Below are positions 57,885-64,000 of a DNA stretch of 64,000 nt, piece by piece. The stretch's first letter is position 1, and each line of letters starts with the position of its first letter. The notes beneath the pieces were generated by a model that saw nothing but the letters and a program-made list of their open reading frames with translations, made no database searches and had not been told where the DNA came from. The stretch spans positions 232,331 through 296,330 of IMG/VR virus record IMGVR_UViG_3300044633_000899; one strand, given 5' to 3'. A program made the position numbers and the translations under genes.

Positions 57885-59623
57885 TGGGTATAGACAACAC
57901 AACAACAATTGTTTTAGGTAGTGAAAGATTTAAATCATCACAGAACCAAAGTATTTCTTTAAACGTCCCATTAGAACAGACACATAAAGAATCGGTTGAG
58001 TATGATAGAAATGTTGATTTAAATCTACAAATAGTTTTTGATCAAGAACGTCAATCGTCAACGGTTTTTAGACCAACTTGTAAGTACACTTTTATATTCC
58101 AAAATGAATTTAGTGGAACAACAACATACAAACCATATAAAGATAATTTATTTTATACAAATAGTATTAACAATAAAATATCACAAATAACTGGATCAAC
58201 AAATAATCCGTGGGATGGCAATCCACAATATTTTGAATTTGATTTATTTAGAAATGATAATAATACTTTAGGTTATACACAACCACCAAACAACCACATT
58301 AACTTTATAAACAAAAGTGCGACAACCTATAATTGGTCACATTACATAACATATGCGTTTGAGAGCGATTACGATAAACAACTATATGCTATTGACCCCC
58401 AAACACAAGCATCGTGGTATTGGTTAGCAAATGAGGGTATTCCATTTTATATTAAGTTTGGTACTGATTTAAACGGGAATGAAATATCGTTTCAAACACC
58501 GATGAAACACGGATTAAATGTTGGTGAATTTGTTAAATTACCTTTTAATTATAATGGTGTTGATATTTTTCAGGTAAGTAGTTTGGGTGACGTTGGTTAT
58601 GGTAGTGACGTTTATATTTTTAATATTGATAACATTGGGTATACTGGCACAACGTTTCAAACGGGTAATGTTGGTAATTTCAAACGAATAATCAATGATA
58701 CAAATACTGGTGAAACAACTTCTAAGTATTACGTTAGATTACATAAAGTATTAACAAACTCAGAATGTGCCGTATTAACTAAGGCTGGTTTTGAATTAAA
58801 TAATTTTAGTACTAAAACAAAATTAGAAAAGGCTGTCTTAACACCCAATAACACTGAAAGAACTTCAATTAAAGATGGTAATCAAAGTTATACATTATCA
58901 TTTAATTGTGATATAGATATTAATCCATTATTGGATAACCAAAAAAGACCAATTAGTGAATTATATTTTACAACAATTTGGAGAGGTTATTTTGGTTGGA
59001 CAAAAGATTTAAAACAAGGTTTTGATTTTAACGTACCATTAATTAATGGGTTAACAAATCCTTGGTGGGATCAAACAAACCCCCTCTCATCAACTGGTGT
59101 TTTGCAATCATCGTATAATTCAAATACACAACCACCAATAGGTCCATTTTATTATAATGAATTATTAACGATTGGTGATATTATTGATGGAGCGTATTGT
59201 GAATGGAATGATTATGATCAAATTGAACGTGTTATATCTGAAACGAATCATAAAATAACATTTAACGTTAGTCATTTTAATGTTCCTTCATTAATGTTAT
59301 CAACAAATCCATTAGGTTACTATTATAGACCGCACTCACCATTAAAAATTAGGGCGTTCTCGGATTATATTGAGGAAGCACCAGCGAGTGGTGTTATTGG
59401 GATTCCTAATTATGCGTTTTATTCAAATTTATCAAATAGTTTTAGATGGCGAGATATGTATCCATATGGATATATTGATACTGCTGATATTGGTGTTGAT
59501 TATCCGTTTTTAAACAGTAAACATTATCCGTATGATAATTATATTTTTAGGTTATACCCAGAGGGTATTGGACTACAAAACATAAGTGAAATTGAAATAC
59601 CAACAACAGATGAGTGTGAATAA
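57884..59623 (+). CDS. Putative virion structural protein
   Basis: 579 aa, Asn/Thr/Gly/aromatic-rich, translationally coupled in the structural operon. Confidence 0.6.
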   Translation: MGIDNTTTIVLGSERFKSSQNQSISLNVPLEQTHKESVEYDRNVDLNLQIVFDQERQSSTVFRPTCKYTFIFQNEFSGTTTYKPYKDNLFYTNSINNKISQITGSTNNPWDGNPQYFEFDLFRNDNNTLGYTQPPNNHINFINKSATTYNWSHYITYAFESDYDKQLYAIDPQTQASWYWLANEGIPFYIKFGTDLNGNEISFQTPMKHGLNVGEFVKLPFNYNGVDIFQVSSLGDVGYGSDVYIFNIDNIGYTGTTFQTGNVGNFKRIINDTNTGETTSKYYVRLHKVLTNSECAVLTKAGFELNNFSTKTKLEKAVLTPNNTERTSIKDGNQSYTLSFNCDIDINPLLDNQKRPISELYFTTIWRGYFGWTKDLKQGFDFNVPLINGLTNPWWDQTNPLSSTGVLQSSYNSNTQPPIGPFYYNELLTIGDIIDGAYCEWNDYDQIERVISETNHKITFNVSHFNVPSLMLSTNPLGYYYRPHSPLKIRAFSDYIEEAPASGVIGIPNYAFYSNLSNSFRWRDMYPYGYIDTADIGVDYPFLNSKHYPYDNYIFRLYPEGIGLQNISEIEIPTTDECE

Positions 59624-60422
59624 ATTTAAAATAGTGTTACCAGATAACGATCAGTTCGTAAATGTCCCTGTTGAGATGAAATGGGATTTTACTGGACGTG
59701 ACGATAGTATCGCTGAGTATCAAGAAAAAATGGTTAAAGAAATTATTGGTTTGGCCAATGATTTTGAAACAATTCGGTTTTCACACAATGAGTTCCAAAA
59801 CCAAACAACTGAAATTAATTATGAGTTTCAGTTTTATGACAATACTTTACCAATAAGTGCGACAACTGTAACACCATTAAATTGGGGTGTTACATATTTA
59901 AATAAGGGTTTTACACCATCTAATGTTTATTATTTTGTTAAACCATTCACAAAATCATTTTTTAAATTGGATTTTTATGATACACCACAAGATAAAACAC
60001 AAACATTATATTTCACAATTATATTACCCGTACAACAAGGCCAATTCCAAACGGGGATTTCAATTTCACCTTTATTACCACCAGTTGATATTAGAAAACC
60101 AAAATTTAATTTGGATTTTATTGGTGATAAGGAAGGTTTTTTTATTTATTGGTTAAGAAAAAGAGATTTCATTGATATATCTGAATTTTATATGTCGGCA
60201 AAATTTTTTAATGGTAGAACTGGCGTTTATTCAGTGATGACAAACACACCACAACCATTAATAACACCCAATAAATTCACATTTCAAGGGGAAAATTACT
60301 TTTACTATAAACTAAATTTAGATTATAACACAAACACATATGAGGTATTCTCAACAACAACAAACAATAGAGTTGGTGATACCACAAACCCAATAACTTG
60401 GTACGAATATATTAACCCATAA
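59610..60422 (+). CDS. Putative virion structural protein
   Basis: The ATG at 59610 (MSVNKFKI) overlaps the upstream gene end; coupled to the next gene. Confidence 0.6.
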   Translation: MSVNKFKIVLPDNDQFVNVPVEMKWDFTGRDDSIAEYQEKMVKEIIGLANDFETIRFSHNEFQNQTTEINYEFQFYDNTLPISATTVTPLNWGVTYLNKGFTPSNVYYFVKPFTKSFFKLDFYDTPQDKTQTLYFTIILPVQQGQFQTGISISPLLPPVDIRKPKFNLDFIGDKEGFFIYWLRKRDFIDISEFYMSAKFFNGRTGVYSVMTNTPQPLITPNKFTFQGENYFYYKLNLDYNTNTYEVFSTTTNNRVGDTTNPITWYEYINP

Positions 60423-61597
60423 TGGAAGAACAAAAATATTATTTTAAGATATCACCCGAAAATATTAAATCGGACTTAACCACAGTAACATATACCGCTG
60501 GAACTGAAGTGTACTATGATGTTGATCTTTGTTGTTTAGTTACAGCAACAACAGAAAACACCATAACAGGAACTACTGGTTTATATTTGGATATGAGAGA
60601 TATTTTATCTGGTGGAACAAATGGAACGTCAATTTTAACTGGATTAACTATACCAATTTTATTCACACAAACTGCGATTGATTTTGGTTATTATTCGGTA
60701 TTTGACGGTGCTATACTACAAAAAGACGTTATAAATAATTTTGTATTTACTGCTAACACATCAAATCCTTATACTTACATATTCTATAATACATCAGATG
60801 TTGAGATGGTTAAATTTTTAGGTTTAATCACATACACTTTGAGTTGGGGTGACGGATCACCAGAAATTACATTAACAACACCTGGACCAATAAACCATAC
60901 ATACCCGTCATCAGATAGTGATTACACTATAACAATGAAAGCAAACTCACCCTGGGGTATATCTTTAGTACAAAAAACAATAACAGTACCATTTACTGGT
61001 ACAACAATAGCAAACCCAAACGGTGTTGCAACATTTACACCAACTGGTGGTAATTGGAGTGGTACACCCATAAGTTATGACTATATATTCACTGGTGATT
61101 CTAACACAAATTTGGTTGATTTTTATAGTAGTAATTACACTCAAGTACCGTTTTTAGTTAGTGGATATACTGAATCATCAATCAACGATTTATCACAATA
61201 TGGGCCAAAATATAATTTACTTGGTGGTAAATTCAAAATTGGTGTTGAAGTTACGGGAACAACAGGATGTGTTGGTACTGTTTGGGGTCCAGATGTGACA
61301 AATGTATACACAGCATACACGATAAATAACATTGACTATTTTGATTTTGAGGATTATACCTTATATGTTACATATTCGTCTGGTTTAACACAAAACGATC
61401 TTGTTATGTCGGCAATAACTAAAAATGAGGGATTAATTAATGTTATTGATCAACCTGAAGTTCAGACAAATGTTTTTATTGAAAGAGGGAAACAAGGTGT
61501 TTTAGAATATATAGAAAGGATTGGTGAGATTGATAACGTTGGTGATTTGGAAAAATATGGTTATGGGTTTTTTAATGTAAAAAAAGATACAGCATAA
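60422..61597 (+). CDS. Putative virion protein with a PKD-like domain
   Basis: YTLSWGDGSPE...INHTYP...YTITM is the PKD/Ig-like pattern. Confidence 0.6.
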   Translation: MEEQKYYFKISPENIKSDLTTVTYTAGTEVYYDVDLCCLVTATTENTITGTTGLYLDMRDILSGGTNGTSILTGLTIPILFTQTAIDFGYYSVFDGAILQKDVINNFVFTANTSNPYTYIFYNTSDVEMVKFLGLITYTLSWGDGSPEITLTTPGPINHTYPSSDSDYTITMKANSPWGISLVQKTITVPFTGTTIANPNGVATFTPTGGNWSGTPISYDYIFTGDSNTNLVDFYSSNYTQVPFLVSGYTESSINDLSQYGPKYNLLGGKFKIGVEVTGTTGCVGTVWGPDVTNVYTAYTINNIDYFDFEDYTLYVTYSSGLTQNDLVMSAITKNEGLINVIDQPEVQTNVFIERGKQGVLEYIERIGEIDNVGDLEKYGYGFFNVKKDTA

Positions 61598-61642
61598 CTA
61601 TTTATTACTAAGAAGGATAAACAAAATTTTAAATATTAAAAG

Positions 61643-62548
61643 ATGTCAGTTGGCAATTACGGAACAATAAGAAGTGCGGATGTTAGTCCGGATGATGTTG
61701 AGATTATATTAAATTACACATCAAGTCGTGATGTGACAGATAATTTTGTATTAACAAAGTTGGATGCCAAATCAATATTAAAACCTTATTTTCATAATTC
61801 AGAAACTGGTGGGTCAAATAATGAAATTATTGGTGGTCTATATAATTTAAAACTACCGGCTGACGTGTTTAACAAGTTAGGTATCTACACATTATATATT
61901 AAACCAGCGGAAATAAGAACAACAATAACTGATTGTGGTGTTTTATCCGCATTACCGAACGTTAAAGGAATTGTAGTTGATTTAAACAATGTTCCATCAC
62001 AATTTAGAAATAAATTTGTCAATCAAGGACTTGTTGGTTTTAGAGTTGAATATTTAAATTCAGACGGAACAAAGATACCAAATTTTTTCAGAGTAATAAC
62101 GTCATCATTTTATTGTGAACCAGTTGTTCAGAATTTAACTAATACGTCACAAAAGTCTATTAGATATATCTATGTTGAAGGTGCGTCAAACTTATTATTT
62201 TGTACATTATCACCATCCTCATCACCAACTAACAAACCAAACGCAACACCATTTATTGGCCAACCAAATCAAAATATAATAATTTCTAATACATACTTTA
62301 ACCCAATAACCACTGAGATTGAAATTGTAGATCAGGATATTTCAACATTAGCGATTGCGTTATACGGAAATCAGACCAAATCTATGGATGATGGTATCTA
62401 CACAATTTACGATAGTAATAACAATATTTACAAACAATACAACTTATACGAAATTAAAGACCAATTTAATGACTTGTTATATGAAGTTAGACAAGACAGG
62501 GGTAATAACATTGATTTTAGTAAAGCGTTTAACAATATAACGGGATAA
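61643..62548 (+). CDS. Putative virion structural protein
   Basis: 301 aa with TATTTAT upstream (61599); beta-rich. Confidence 0.6.
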   Translation: MSVGNYGTIRSADVSPDDVEIILNYTSSRDVTDNFVLTKLDAKSILKPYFHNSETGGSNNEIIGGLYNLKLPADVFNKLGIYTLYIKPAEIRTTITDCGVLSALPNVKGIVVDLNNVPSQFRNKFVNQGLVGFRVEYLNSDGTKIPNFFRVITSSFYCEPVVQNLTNTSQKSIRYIYVEGASNLLFCTLSPSSSPTNKPNATPFIGQPNQNIIISNTYFNPITTEIEIVDQDISTLAIALYGNQTKSMDDGIYTIYDSNNNIYKQYNLYEIKDQFNDLLYEVRQDRGNNIDFSKAFNNITG

Positions 62549-64000
62549 TGGCATTAAAAAAATATACATGCCCACCACAAACACCATCGGGAAGTGGGAC
62601 TTTTTCTGACAACTTAGTTGGTTTCCAATTAGTTGATGGGGGAGGTTTTACACAAGGAAATTTTGAATTTACAGAAAACTTAACAGAAAAACAAAATAGA
62701 ACATTCAATATTGGTTCTTTTTCTGACCCAATAAATTTGGATAGTTTAAAAATAACGAGTGTTGACGAATCTAGATTATTACAAGCAAAAAACTTCAGAG
62801 TTTTCCCAAATTTTGATTTATCACAAGTAACAAATTTTACGTTATATGGGTCGTTAGTAAAACGAATTTCAGTGTCTGTTACAAACATTATAAATTATTT
62901 TCCAGGTGGGTTAGAAATTATTACAACAAAACCTGACTTCACAAAAACGGAGACGGCAAAAAACATTGTTTACGATCCAATTGAGAATGAAACTTATTTT
63001 CAAATTCCATTAAATGCGATTAGAAATCCTTTTGGTGTTGATTACTCAAAAAATGCTACAAGAAATTTAGAAGTTAGTGAGTTAAAAGTTTCGCAATTAA
63101 GAAATTTTACACTAAATTATGATAAATACGCGGTTTTTGTTAATGGTAATAATTACATAATAAATACTTTTGAACCAACAACATCAACCTCACAAACATT
63201 AAATATGTATGTTGAGGGAAATCCATTTTCTGGTGAATCAATAACGTACACATCAATATTAATACGACCAACAGACTATTATGTTAGTAAAGTTTTTAAC
63301 GAAGAGTTTGATGAGGTTGAAAAGTTTTTACTAAATAGAAGTTCAGTACCACAATATACCGCAACATTTAATGTTACAAAAGAAAATGATGATGGTACGT
63401 TTTATTTAACAACTGAAAATATAACATTTCCTAAAAATGGTTTTTGGAATTTGGATATTAGTTCAGTTTCATTTGACAAATATTTAACACAATTAAATAC
63501 TTTTGCAGCAAGTTTAGATACTTTCAGAACAAATTTGGTATCTAGATTTTTAACAACTGGTGCTTTTAAAGATTTTGATACTGATGATCAAAAAATGGAA
63601 AAAATCTTACAAATTTATGGTAGGAGTTTTGATGAATCAATGAAATTTATATTGGCATTACCAAATATGAATAACGTTCATTATATTGTTAAAAATGATA
63701 TACCATCACAATTATTAAAAAACTTAGCACAAACATTAGGGTGGAAAACAAATATCTCACCAATAACCGAAGAACAATTATTGGATTCAGTTTTTAATAA
63801 TGGTTCTAACAATTTTTCTGGTGTTGGTATTGGTCAAACCCCAGAAGAGTTAAATTACCAATACTATAGAAATCTAATATTAAATTCGGCTTACTTATTC
63901 AAGTCAAAAGGAACCCGTAAATCTATTGAAATATTATTACGATTAATTGGTGCTCCAGAAATGTTAGTTGAATTTAATGAATACATTTATATTGCTGACC
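62548..64000 (+). CDS. Baseplate wedge protein (gp7/P2 gpI-like), 3' truncated, absent from ORF track
   Basis: ATG overlaps the upstream TAA; frame open to the window end (MALKKYTCPPQ...); contains LLKNLAQTLGW and LFKSKGTRKSIEILLRLIG, the KGT motif of gpI/gp7-type wedges. Confidence 0.7.
   Translation, partial: MALKKYTCPPQTPSGSGTFSDNLVGFQLVDGGGFTQGNFEFTENLTEKQNRTFNIGSFSDPINLDSLKITSVDESRLLQAKNFRVFPNFDLSQVTNFTLYGSLVKRISVSVTNIINYFPGGLEIITTKPDFTKTETAKNIVYDPIENETYFQIPLNAIRNPFGVDYSKNATRNLEVSELKVSQLRNFTLNYDKYAVFVNGNNYIINTFEPTTSTSQTLNMYVEGNPFSGESITYTSILIRPTDYYVSKVFNEEFDEVEKFLLNRSSVPQYTATFNVTKENDDGTFYLTTENITFPKNGFWNLDISSVSFDKYLTQLNTFAASLDTFRTNLVSRFLTTGAFKDFDTDDQKMEKILQIYGRSFDESMKFILALPNMNNVHYIVKNDIPSQLLKNLAQTLGWKTNISPITEEQLLDSVFNNGSNNFSGVGIGQTPEELNYQYYRNLILNSAYLFKSKGTRKSIEILLRLIGAPEMLVEFNEYIYIAD

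Noticed and set aside
262-62888. Short overlapping or antisense ORFs in the track (e.g. 262-480, 1208-1489, 3121-3357, 6479-6847, 29475-29876, 53453-53779, 62529-62888)
   Set aside because: They lie opposite or within well-supported genes, with no motifs or upstream signals; typical shadow ORFs.
1-64000. Stop-codon reassignment as in some jumbo phages
   Set aside because: Core genes are full-length and densely packed under code 11; TGA and TAA terminate genes at sensible positions.

Overview
A 64-kb, AT-rich segment of a large myovirus (jumbo-phage-like Caudoviricetes) with T4-like modules, read in the standard genetic code. The host is probably Bacteroidota (inferred from no Shine-Dalgarno signals, TAnnTTTG promoter matches and a Bacteroidota-style signal peptide). 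The window holds a replication set (family B DNA polymerase, SNF2 helicase, gp32-like SSB, RecA/UvsX, C5 methyltransferase, 5'-3' nuclease, DnaB-like helicase, nrdB/nrdA, a free-standing HNH) and a contractile-tail morphogenesis set (neck, tail terminator, sheath, tail chaperones, tape measure, tube-initiator, LysM, hub, gp25, gp6 and large baseplate proteins). The most unusual content is accessory. (1) A seven-member family of ~150-aa domains whose C-terminal tails are encoded by unrelated ~33-nt 'spacers' between copies of a 34-37-bp direct repeat; one copy has a CRISPR-like repeat-spacer-repeat-spacer-repeat array with a silent spare tail, and one copy is fused behind a zincin protease and a Mn-type superoxide dismutase. 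(2) At least 12 otherwise mostly unrelated proteins carry N-terminal leaders ending in [IL]-x-E, resembling capsid-targeting sequences, nearly all directly behind a TATTTAT motif. (3) Three adjacent leader-bearing genes share a C-terminal ATPTKP tag. No cas, reverse transcriptase, integrase or tRNA genes were seen. All family assignments come from motif recognition by eye; no searches were run.
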